A stretch of DNA of 64,000 nucleotides. Origin: Octopus bimaculoides (taxonomy: Eukaryota). Positions within the stretch are counted from its first letter, which is position 1, and each line of letters begins with the position of its first letter. Below are positions 27,736 to 38,900 of the stretch, in pieces. Location of the stretch: assembly GCF_001194135.2 (NCBI RefSeq), contig NC_068991.1, positions 43,015,227 through 43,079,226 of the forward strand, read 5' to 3'. The position numbers and the translations under genes are program-made. The notes below the pieces were generated by a model. The model did no database searches. It had not been told where the DNA came from and worked only from the letters and a program-made list of their open reading frames with translations.

Positions 27736-28737
27736 ATACACATATATCATGAGAATCAAACAGTTCTATAAAATCCAGTTTATCTATTGGTGAGTCATTT
27801 AGTTTTTATTTATTCTGGTGCTCCTCATGCAATGAAATTTAGAAAATTTCAGATAATTTCCTCTTCCTGTTAGTTGCTAAAAGACTCATATATGTTATAA
27901 TAACAGTATTAATTATACCAATCATACAGAACTAGCAGTAGAACTTCTATAATTATGCATATCAGTTTGTCATGGTAGTCTAAAGAGAGAATAAGAGTTT
28001 AGATCTATTTTGCTTGCCTTCTGTGAGCAATTTGCTATTTTATTTTTAATAGAAGCTTTTCCTAATAATTATCATAGCTTTGTTACAATTAACATACATT
28101 ACCAGAATGGGTCAAAATCACTACTACTACTACTATTTGTTTTTTAAATTACTAATTCTTCAGATAAATTGTTTCAAAATTAATGAAGTTCAACTTTTTT
28201 TTTTTCCTTCCTCCAATGATTGGATTGCACTTCATCTAATGCACTTCTGGTAATTTTTACTTCCTTTTTGAAAGCTTGTACCAAACATTTCCTGTGGGTT
28301 TTTTTTTTTTTTATGATCAAGTAATATACCCAAAATTTTCTTCTGTCAAATTTCGCTGATACCTATTTTTTACTGTAAGCCAAAATAGGACCAGCTATGT
28401 GGCTACTTGATATTTAAGTAACAGTAGCCAAATCTTCAAGTCACACCCTACAATAGTTTTTCTGTGAATGACAGCAGTTATACATTTCCCAGATACCTTC
28501 GCTAAGCAGAATAATGTCTTTGCCTCTCGCCAACCTCTCTCACCAACCTCCGACCATCTTTCTTGCCAACCTCCAAAACCTTCTCTCGCCAACCTCCAAC
28601 AGACAGTTTTTGGTACTTTTTCGTGACGGAAAATATACCGTTTGTGACAGTTATAACGAAATTGATTTCTTATATCAGAGTAATAAGGTGTTTCAATAGA
28701 ACATGTTTACTCCCGGGAATTACCTGGTACACTAGCT

Positions 28738-28935
28738 AATATATATATATATATACACACACATGTATATGTGTATGTCTGCATGTGTGTGTGACTGCAT
28801 GTATATTTATATGTATGTGCATCAGCCTGTGTGTGTGATTGCACATATATGTATATATATGTATATATACTTGTATGTAAATATATGGGTGTGTGTGTGT
28901 GTCTGCATGTATGTGTCTACATTTACACATATATA
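28738..28935. repeat. Compound (TA)/(TG) low-complexity tract
   Basis: Direct observation. Confidence 0.9.
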
Positions 28936-30389
28936 AACAGCAGTCTGTTTGGTTGTCTGTTTCTTTGTGTCAAATTGTTGTCTACACCCATTAACGAATT
29001 TTCATGAAACTTTGCATACATGTTAAACCAACATCCAGTTTGTTACTAGGCTCATTGCAGTTTTATAAATGTCTATAATTGGATGGCTGTGACTCTTAGA
29101 ACGGGTCCGGATGTAGCCCATTTATTTTTCCTTTAATAGACAAGGGGAAATAACCCATTCATTTTTCTTTATTTTTCTCTTTTGCCCACTGGTCATTTCT
29201 CCCTTCATTTATTAGAGAAGCAATATCATTAGAGTGATCAGTTGCCAGTGGTTGATTGACTTGACTCAACAGGTCTTCGCTTTGTATAAATATTCTACAT
29301 TACGTGGACTTTTCTTACAAGAAATTGTCAGACAAGATCAATGTTATTATCAATCTAACCACTGTCCTAAGTCAATATATAAATTTAATGACATTTCATA
29401 GACCTACCTAAGATCTTTCATTTAAAACAAATTTGAGTAAAATCTCACCATGGAGATATCATTGCCTTAACTCATTTGCAAATTTTACCATTAACGTACT
29501 GTTTCCATGGCAACTGTGTAAAAAAATTGGTATAAATCAAGTTGAGTATGTTTATTTCTTAGTATTTGAACCATTAGGGCTATTTTCGCACTTTACCCAG
29601 AACAATCCTTAAACAAGTAAATAGTATTTTCCTCAACAATAGATCTGCTTATTTCGGTTAGTGACTTATTCATGAATATACCATGAATGACGATGCCTTT
29701 CATGTCACTTCAGCCAATTGACAGGCGCTGCATGAAGAACTTTTCAGAGTTACTTAGATTGCTATTGTCTCAAATTCGATTTGCCTGTTATTACGTAACA
29801 TACGTCATGATTTTGGTATACATACCTTATTGATATTTCCTCCTAAGTTCTATATATTCTGGGAATGTATTAAAGCCCTTTTCAGTGCTACTTTATTTGA
29901 ATTATTATTATCGGGTAACTAATTTGCATGTTACTACATAACTGACTTCACGATTTTGGTATTCATAACTTATTGGGATTTCCTAAAAACAAGACCCTAC
30001 GTAAGACGGTTCAGTATTCTTTGTAAATGCACAAAAACTGTTTTAAGCGCTACATACTTTGTATTGTTGCTGTTGGATTAGCAAAGCAATTATGAGAACA
30101 GGACCAGGAGATAAGCCTCGCTTTTCCAGAAATTACCGGGTATGTCAGCTAGTAATAGTATATATTGAACCTTGGTTTCTTGACTCCACAGTCATGCTGC
30201 TTGATTTGCTAGTTAAGATTGCATTGTATTGTTTTATTTCAATGTATGCAAGTGGTACTGAAATGTGGGCCTTTTTTCCCCCTCTCTGTTGGACAGACAT
30301 TGGTCATTGGAATATTGTTAGAGTAAATTTTTCCTCTGTAGTAATTCTTCTGCATGTTCTTCATTGCAGGCAAATAATGTATTCAGGTT

Positions 30390-31300
30390 CCCAGTAGAAG
30401 CAACATACCATCGTTGAGCTCTTTGATGATGCAAGAGTAAAGGCTGTCCAACATCTACAGACAGTTACAGAGATGACTCAAATGGCAAGAGCAATGTGCA
30501 CGGATGGATGAAGTTTAAAGAAGAAACCACCATTGAAGACCATCGACTGTGATCATTGACATTAATTACTAGTGAGTAGGTAAACTGATTCTCCCAGGCA
30601 GACAAGTCACAGTCTGTGAGCTTGCTGCACAACTGGACTGTGGTTAAAATGCATTACAAAAGAAGCTGGAAAACATGGATATTAGAAAGTGTGCAAAATG
30701 GGCACCTTAGCAACTGATGACCAATTTGAAAGAGAAAAGTATAGAAATCTGATCTGCTGGAAGCATTTGAAGCCAATGAAGATACATTTTTTTTTTTTTT
30801 TTCCTTGATCTGATGGAACTTGAACATATCTTGATGATACTAAAATGAAGCCTCAGTCCATAGACCTCTTCTCCATAGCCTAAAACATTCAAGTTGGCAC
30901 AGAAAGTTATGGTGACTGTTTTTGTTGATCATCATTCTCTTGGCTTTTCTGGAATGTCATAGTACCATGCACAGCAAGCAGTACATTGAGACACTCGAAA
31001 ACGTTAGAGAAGCCATTTGAAGGAAGAGACCAAACAAGAATCTGAAATCAGTCTGCATACATCATGACAATACACATTTTTGGCAGAAAATCAGGCAATC
31101 AGTAAATTTGGTTGATCACTAGTCCCCCGTCCACTGTACAACCCAGATCTAGTGCCCTCCTCCTCTCATTTGTGCAGTTCACTGAAGGACAGTCTTGATG
31201 GAAAAGGATTTGATGACACTAACAAGGTGAAAGTAGCTGTGGAGAAGTGAGTACTAAAGAAGATGGGTCTGAAGAGATGATGCAAAAGATGATAAATATT
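30390..31300 (+). mobile_element. Old, heavily decayed mariner transposase relic
   Basis: Ordered fragments ELAAQLDC..IRKCAKWAP (RKVCARWVP), PLYNPDLVPS (PPYSPDLAPS) and LKDSLDGKGF..VKVAVEK. TIRs not recovered. Confidence 0.7.
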
Positions 31301-32503
31301 TTAGATGTTTCATAGCTGAGCTGAGACCCTTCTTTTGGTTCTCATTCCCTTTAACTTCCCAATGCTCTGGAAATCAAAAAAAAAAATTTACTGAAGTTCT
31401 TTCATGGAGAGTTTTTTTAAATATTTTAACATTAGAAATTGAAGAAAAAATAAAGACAACTATACTTACTTTGTTTTATTAATCATACTCGTGTGTAACA
31501 ACATTATCAATATTTTTCAAGACACTCAAGCATTAATATGGATTTTACTATAGCAAGTTTTCTTTAATTCCCTTGATAGCTAAATATAGATAAAATTACA
31601 CTTTAATGGTTTATTCTTTCATTAGCTACAGGATACAAGATGCTAAAACTTTGGCTTGGGACCTCAGAGAGGAAGTGATGATAAGTTGAATCACTTGGTT
31701 ACTTTAAGCTGTATTTACATAGCCCCTCCACCTCTTCATCCGTGTTCCATTATTTATCTTTATGATAAACTTTTCAGCCCTCAATTTTTAGTCGCTCAGC
31801 TAGTTTACAAACAGGCTTGTTATAGAAAACCTGAGGAATAAATTATGCCTATAAGCTTAATTATCAATCTTAAATATGTTCTAGTTGCTTTACAACTATT
31901 TTCCCTTTTTTGCATACATTTTATTCTTGATCTTAACAATCTTATGTTAATTTTGAGACTGTTAATTGATAATGCAGCTTAATAACATGTTGGATAGATA
32001 AGTGATTGTGCTATCAGTGGATCTCTAATTTTAATTGGCTATAATGTATTTCAACTTGCTTGTTAATGGCAATAATTTTTATCTTTTTTTTAATATATTT
32101 GTAACTAGTGACAACTAGTTTGCCATTGGGACATCAGCTATGTGAGGGAGGGTTTTTTGTTTTCTTATTGGGGTGGGGTTAAACTACCAGTCTCAATCAC
32201 TACCTGCTTATAACCACTTCTCCCACTAACTGCCTCACCTCTTTGTCAGATCATCTTTGTATCCTCTCACTTCCCTTCATGATTCTCTACTTCTATCCAT
32301 CTTTTATTATAGTTATATTCCTATATTCCACATTCATTTACCTAAATTGTTGCTACTATCAATAACCAGCATATAATCCCTACTCTGTTTCTTTTCTGAG
32401 TCCATATTTTTACTTGCTATGAAGATTCAGTTTTGTAAAGTCATTAAAATTCATTATTTTCTATCAATTGCTATTGTATGAATTTCAGATGCAAAATGTT
32501 AGG

Positions 32504-32686
32504 TTAATCCTTTTGTGGCCATATTTCTATTGAAACACACTCTGTTTGCACTAGTTTTGGAAATAATCAAGAATTTGGAGGGTTTTAATGAAATATCTAA
32601 CTTTTTTAATGAAGCTAGTGTTTGGAACACAATGTGAATAAATAAACATTACATTTGAGAAAGTAACCTGAATGCTAAAGGGTTAA
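32504..32686 (+). mobile_element. piggyBac-type TTAA MITE
   Basis: TTAA at both ends. The right end CATTACATTTGA...GAATGCTAAAGGGTTAA is shared with the copies at 61267 and 63581; the left end is degenerate. Confidence 0.7.
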
Positions 32687-33084
32687 ATACAAACACAGAA
32701 GCTGTTTGTGACTGGTTGATATCAGATGGGTTAAATAAGTTGTCTTAATCCTATGTTCTTTTAGCTTTGTGTGTGTGTCTTATAAACCTCTTTGTGTGTG
32801 TCTTATAAACCTCTTTGTACTTATTGATGTACTTTTTTATAATAAAATGTTTAGCAAACAGGTTGCCATAGTTGAAAAATAACTCATCATGGTTGGATGG
32901 TTAAAATTTATATCTACTACAAAACTTTCAAACTTGTTTTATTAACTGCTAAATTAAACTTCAGAATATAAGAAATAAATAGTGTTGGTGGTTGCTGATA
33001 TTGCTATTTCCAGTAACTTGTCACAGATGTTACATTGTCTCCTTTAGAAAGGTAGGTTCCCTTATAACTTCAGTCAGTCTACTC

Positions 33085-33390
33085 ACAGCTTGGGCAAACA
33101 GTTAAGAAGCTTGCTTCTCAATCACAAGGCTCTGGGTTCATTCCCCACCATATGGCCTTTGGGCAAGTGTCATATGTCATAACCTCAGGTCAACCTAAAC
33201 CTCATGATTGAAACTGACTCGACAGAAACTATTTGGAAGATACACTGGGTGGTTTGTACCAGTAATTCAAAGTTCTAGCTTTATCACACATGGTGTCATA
33301 CCGATTCTACCTGAGGACTCACATGTCTGTTGAATACTCAACCATTTATTTAGTGAGCAGATACTTCAGTTTAGTTGATTGAAGAAACGA
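33085..33390 (+). mobile_element. Chimeric SINE (family A head plus tail shared with the 61902 element)
   Basis: GTTAAGAAGCTTGCTTC..GGGCAAGTGTC head followed by GTAATTCAAA..TGTCA..CATGTCTGT..ACTCAACCA tail. Confidence 0.6.
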
Positions 33391-33857
33391 ATACTTATAC
33401 TTCTGAGTATCAATCTTGTTAGTGTGTGTACTTTGTAGAAACATCCAGCCCATATTAGCAGAGGGAATATGAGGACCAAGGTGTCTGTTAACTACCATTT
33501 TAATGTGTTTTTGGTACCAACACTATCGGGTGATCTTGCTGTATAGCATATGATTTGATCAAAGAAATCGAGTTACTGTTGCTTAATACTAAAAGTGGGA
33601 AGATATTTTTGTGCTATTGAAAAAAAATTATTCCTTTTACTCAGAGAAAAGCTTGTTGTCCATCAAAGTGTAGTGATATTTTCCAGTTATGTGGAATCTA
33701 CATGGAAAAATGTATGAGTGTTATAAAGATAATACAGTTTTGTGTTATAAAGATGTTATATAATTAAGCCAAATACCACATTAACTTAGTATCTTTGTAT
33801 ACTCTACATCATTGTTTGTTTCTCTATTAATCATTGATATATAATAGAAAAAATTAA

Positions 33858-34019
33858 GGCACAGGAGTAGCTGTGTGATAAGTAGCTTGCTTACCAACCA
33901 CATGGTTCTGGGTTCAGTCCCACTGCGTGGCACCTTAGGCAAGTATTTTCTACTATAGCCTCGGACCGACCAAAGCCTTGTGAGTGGATATGGTAGACGG
34001 AAACTGAAGGAAGCACGTC

Positions 34020-34061
<42 letters not shown>

Positions 34062-34268
34062 GTGTGTGTGTGTATTTATCCTCCTAACATCGCTTGACAA
34101 CCAATGGTGGTGTGTTTACGTCCCTGTAACTTAGCGGTTCGGCAAAAGAGACCGATAGAATAAGTACTAGGCTTACAAAGAATAAGTCCTGGGGTCGATT
34201 TGCTCAACTAAAGGCAGTGCTCCAGCATGGCCGCATTCAAATGACTGAAACAAGTAAAAGAGTAAGAG
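33858..34268 (+). mobile_element. SINE family A, best-preserved copy, central (TA)n
   Basis: Complete head, centre and tail with many intact CpGs. Confidence 0.92.
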
Positions 34269-34865
34269 CTGATACCTTACGAAAGAGTTATGAAGAACAG
34301 TGATTGATTGAGAATGCAAGATCTTTGGAAGCAAAATAAATAACTTGATGCCTGAAAAACAAAGTATTTTTGCTTGGAGGCAGAAGCTGATTGCATTAAA
34401 ATTTTTCTTCAAGAATGTGAAAGCCATTCTTTACCTGTTTTGTATTGTTTGGGAGGGTGGGGGTTCTGTTTCAAAATCTCAAGTAAAATAGACTTGATTA
34501 AGCATCAGTTTGTTCATGTTTATCACTAAGTCCATAATTTTGAAGGGAAAAAATATTTCAAATAGATGTAAAATGAAATTTATGAAGAAAAGTACTGAAA
34601 CTTCTGCTGTCATTATCAAAAAGGAAGAAAAATGAAAAAAATTTAATGATTCTTATAAAGGAAAAGAAGATAGTGAATATCTGATTTGATTAGTCATTAC
34701 AATTTAACTTTCCACATCTTAACAGCAGTAATTATATCTCATAGTCATGACAACGTAATACATTGTAGCTACAGAAAGCATACGCATAGAATGAGTACAT
34801 AAGGGATGCATGCTTGCATTCATACATACAAACAGTTATACACACACATGTATACATTCATGCAT

Positions 34866-35385
34866 CCTGTTGTTGTTTAGCCCTGGGTCAGCCTAATCAA
34901 GCAGTCCTATTATTAAAGGCTTTTCAACTATAACTATCTTGTTTTATTGTGTCTCAGAGATTATATTGTCTAATATCACATGATCACGTGACTGACCAGG
35001 CCATCAGATGTTGCTAGACATTGCTGGTCACAATGCGCTTCGCATTGTTTTAGCCTTCAAATGATGCCACCCCACTGGCTAAGCAAGCAGGCCAATATTT
35101 AGAAACAGGAAGAAAGAGTGAGAGAAAGTTGTGGTGAAAGAGTACAGCAGGGTTCACCACCACCCCCTGCCAGAGCCTCGTGGAGCTTTAGGTGTTTTCA
35201 CTCAATAAACACTCACAACACCCGGTCTGGGAATCGAAACTGCGATCCTAAGACCGCGAGTCCGCTGCCCTAACCACTGGGCCATTGCACCTCCACAGGT
35301 TGTCTAATATATCCTACTTTATTTAAAATAGTGCCATACAATTTGAGGAACATATGACTGCTATTGCTAGCAGATCAATCCAAGT
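34866..35385 (+). mobile_element. Interspersed repeat family D, interrupted by the head-B SINE
   Basis: TTTAGCCC..GGTCAGCC..ATCAAGCAG head and ATTTGAGG..ATATGACTGCTATT end. Uninterrupted relatives at about 38790-38965 (+), 63380-63565 (+) and 54950-55090 (-). Confidence 0.65.
34977..35296 (-). mobile_element. tRNA-headed SINE, head type B
   Basis: The - strand starts GTGGAGGTGCAATGGCCCAGTGGTTAGGGCAGCGG..GTTTCGATTCCC. TTGTCTAATAT occurs on both sides (34966-76 and 35300-10). Confidence 0.9.
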
Positions 35386-35649
35386 CTATAGTGGAAGAAA
35401 CTTGTCCAAGATGCCAGGTAGTGGGATCAAGCCTGAAACCATGTGGTTATGAAATTAACTTAATCACAGTCATCTCTTACACCTTTTAACTGTTCAAGAA
35501 AAAATTATAGATTTCTCTAATTTATATGATGGATGTGAAGCAATCTATAAAAGAATGGAAAACAACAAATGCCTGATATATTTCCTTGTCTAAATTTCTT
35601 TAGTAAGAAGTAGAACTCATTTCATAAATGAATTTTCTAAAGAGTGTAG

Positions 35650-35910
35650 CTAAATGGGCAGAGGGTTATTGTGTTTCTCTGGTCCTGTCTCGTCAAAGAC
35701 TATTCAACTTCTCAAGTGTTAGCATCGAAAGAAAAAGTACCCAGTATCCTATATAAAGTGGTTGGAGTTAAAAACAGCATCCAGCCATAGAAACCAAGCC
35801 AAATGACACATACAAGCACATAGTCTTTGGGAGCTGTATCCCAATGGTAGTTGACTTAGGCTGTGATGACCTATCCAACTCAGCGAACATAAATTGATGA
35901 TGATGTTTAG
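35650..35910 (+). mobile_element. Degenerate SINE/RTE-related repeat (GTGGTTGG..GCATCCAGCCATAGAAACC)
   Basis: The motif recurs on the - strand near 12990-13080. Family assignment is from recall and not verified. Confidence 0.45.
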
Positions 35911-38900
35911 TGTAGTCTCTGATCAAGTCATTGGATTGTTCATATGATGAATTCGGAAACGGAATGGTAGACTTTCTGTACAAAAGATTAAAGGGGAAAT
36001 GTTTTAAGAAAGGTGTGGGCTAGAAATCTACTGGAAAGTCAAGTGATACTTTTCTCAAAAACAATAGAAAAGAAACTTAGCTGAAAGAGAAATTATTCCC
36101 GGAAGCTACACCTTAGATATTAAGCTGAACATCTTACTAAACGATATGTATGTAAAATGTGTAACACTTCTGTTGGATAGATAGGCGATTCACCAACATG
36201 TCATGTGAGAAAAATACAATGAAACCACTATGACCCTTTACATCTCTTAGAATAAAAAGTTCTTTGTGTTTAAAAAAGAAAGTAAATAAGTAAATACTTT
36301 GTCCTTATACTCAGTTTGTTTGCTTCATCCAAGAGAACTTTTCTGCACTCTTTGAGTTAAGATTTGCTGGATTTATTTAACTTTTTACAAGATCAGTAAG
36401 TATATATGATTAATAATAATCATTCTGCTTTTACTTCACACTGTTTCATAAATTCAGTTTTCTTACCATCTGAGAAAGAACTGTTATATATGTATGAAGA
36501 ATATTGCTTAGATTATCAGAAATGAATTATATTTTCAAGCTAATTTTAAATTTTCTGCAGTGAGGGAATCTCTTCTTGCTATCTCCCCTCCTCTTCCTTA
36601 TCACCCTTTCTATAACTTCCCTCTCTCATCTATCCATTCTCCCTTCTCTCTCCCTCATCTCTTATCTTTTTAATGTCTCTCTCTTTCATCTCCTTTCTCT
36701 CACTCCTCTCTTGCTTTTAGACACACACACCTTTAAAATCCTTCCATTCTGTCTTGTGAAATAATGGTTTCCATATTTTTAACTGTTATCAGTTTACCAA
36801 ATGTAGTAGATTATGTAGCGTATAGAAAAGTTTAGATCAAGTTATTTTCAGATAATTTACCCTTGATAAAATGTTAATTGTTGACTGCTCTCATCTTAAG
36901 AGTTAAAATTCTCTAAAATATTATATCAAAAATTGTTATATTACACTTTAAAAATATAAATTTCTTATTTTATGTTTCTTGTAAACCTGTGATGACTTGA
37001 ATAATCTTGTAAAGTATTACTATATCTTATTACCTAACCATTTATTGTTAGGTTTTCTTTTTCAATTTTAAATGTTATGAAGCAGGGAGTAGTTTAATAG
37101 GTAGTCAGCTTCATCAAGTTTTATTTGTAATTTGTTTTTTTTAATCATTGTTTATTCTGCTTTGTTGGGTTAATTTGTCTGTTTACACAATGGTCAGCTT
37201 TATCTTTTTGTAGTTGGCGCAGGTAATTTGCCAGCTTTAAAAAGTTTATTGCTCTAGTAGTTCATGTGAATATTTGCATTTGAAGACTCATTTCACTGAT
37301 GCTATATCTACACAAACTTGTGCTGTGTAGCACTTACAGTATAAGATAAACAGTTCTCTTTTCATAAAAAGCAGGTCTATTGCGAGTAGCATTCATATAT
37401 GATCTAATGCCGATTTCTAATAGTTACATAGACTAACTTATCAAAATTTAGTAGCCTCACTTAAAGATACAATAGATATCCAGTTGACTTGAGTATGATA
37501 GCCAGGCAAAAAAAAAAAAGGAGAAAAACAAGCTAGTATAAAATTGTTATAATTCAAGTAAACAATTTCAAATCTGCATGACATTTTGTCAGTTTGGTAA
37601 GCCTGCGATTATTTCCTGTATAGGGTTAAATTTGTAGCTTGTGCCTTCAATCTACTTCCTGTACTGATTGCTAATTTCCCCAATCTACAACTTTCATCAT
37701 ATCCACACAACCAGTCTTTCTCTCAATATAATAATACACACACACACATAAAGCTGATAAGTAATGCTAATACAAAAGGCTGAGAAGTAATAAAAAATCA
37801 TAGAAACACTGTTTCCATCTAGAGAAACTTAAATGAAAAATCAAAATTGAGTTTTGTTTATTTTACATATAGCTGGGGTACATAAACATTTTTGTCAACT
37901 GAAGATCGCTATGATTTCAGCACTTTCCCATAATATCATTCTCACCAACTAAGTGTCTGCGTTCTTTTGGTGGCCCAGCATTTTTTTTTTTTTTTTTTTT
38001 TAGCTTCTACACTTAACCAGATACAGCTGAAGCCATTTCATAATCTCTGCAGCAACTATTTTGATTTACTACTTGTTGATGATGTATACTTTGCTCTCAG
38101 CTTTCATCTTTCTTTCACATATCTTTGTTATATCCTTGAAACATTCTTCGGCAATTCACTGATCACTGCCCTGTTGTCTTTCCTAGGTCTAATATCAGCC
38201 AGATAGAATATTTTGGATCTAGTTACAAATCCATGACATCCCACTTCAGCTGAAAGTACTGTACACTACCATTGTCATGCTTCACACAATTCCCTAAGTC
38301 CTAATATTTTAGGCCCTTCTTTCCATGTGATCACTCCATATTGCCTTCCCAAGATATTGTCATGTCAATGTCAAGTCGGAGCATTCCTTTGTTATTGCAA
38401 TATGGTCTGAGAATACAAATCTACTTGCACCTTCCAGTTATTTGCACCATTCATTAGTCTGTATCTTGACTTCTTCATTTATGCTTTTATGTTGCTGTTT
38501 CTCAAAAAAAAAAAATCAACAGGGAGCAACTTGGTATTGATTTTCATTACATTACTGCTACTGCATTATTTTTTTATGCATCAGGAAGAATAGTCAAGAA
38601 TTGGTTCTGCTGCCAGGCATACACTGTGGGAGATGACTTGCATGTTAGCAGAATGTTATAGCATTCACACTAATGGAAATCAGCAATGTCACTCTAGCCT
38701 CATTGTCTAATAAAAGGAGCAAAAAGTTCTTCGATAACTAACCATGTTCTCCTCAAAAAAGTTTAATCAATTTTATATTCCTCTCCTTTTTAACCCCAGG
38801 TCAGCCCTGATTAAGCAGACTTTTGATAAAAGATGTTGGATCTGTGACTAACCTATCCAGGATTACACTGTCCAGTGTGACCTATTTTAAGATGGTATGG

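Noticed and set aside
37900-38700. Possible LINE endonuclease relic on the - strand (FSDH-like)
   Set aside because: Too degraded to support boundaries or class.
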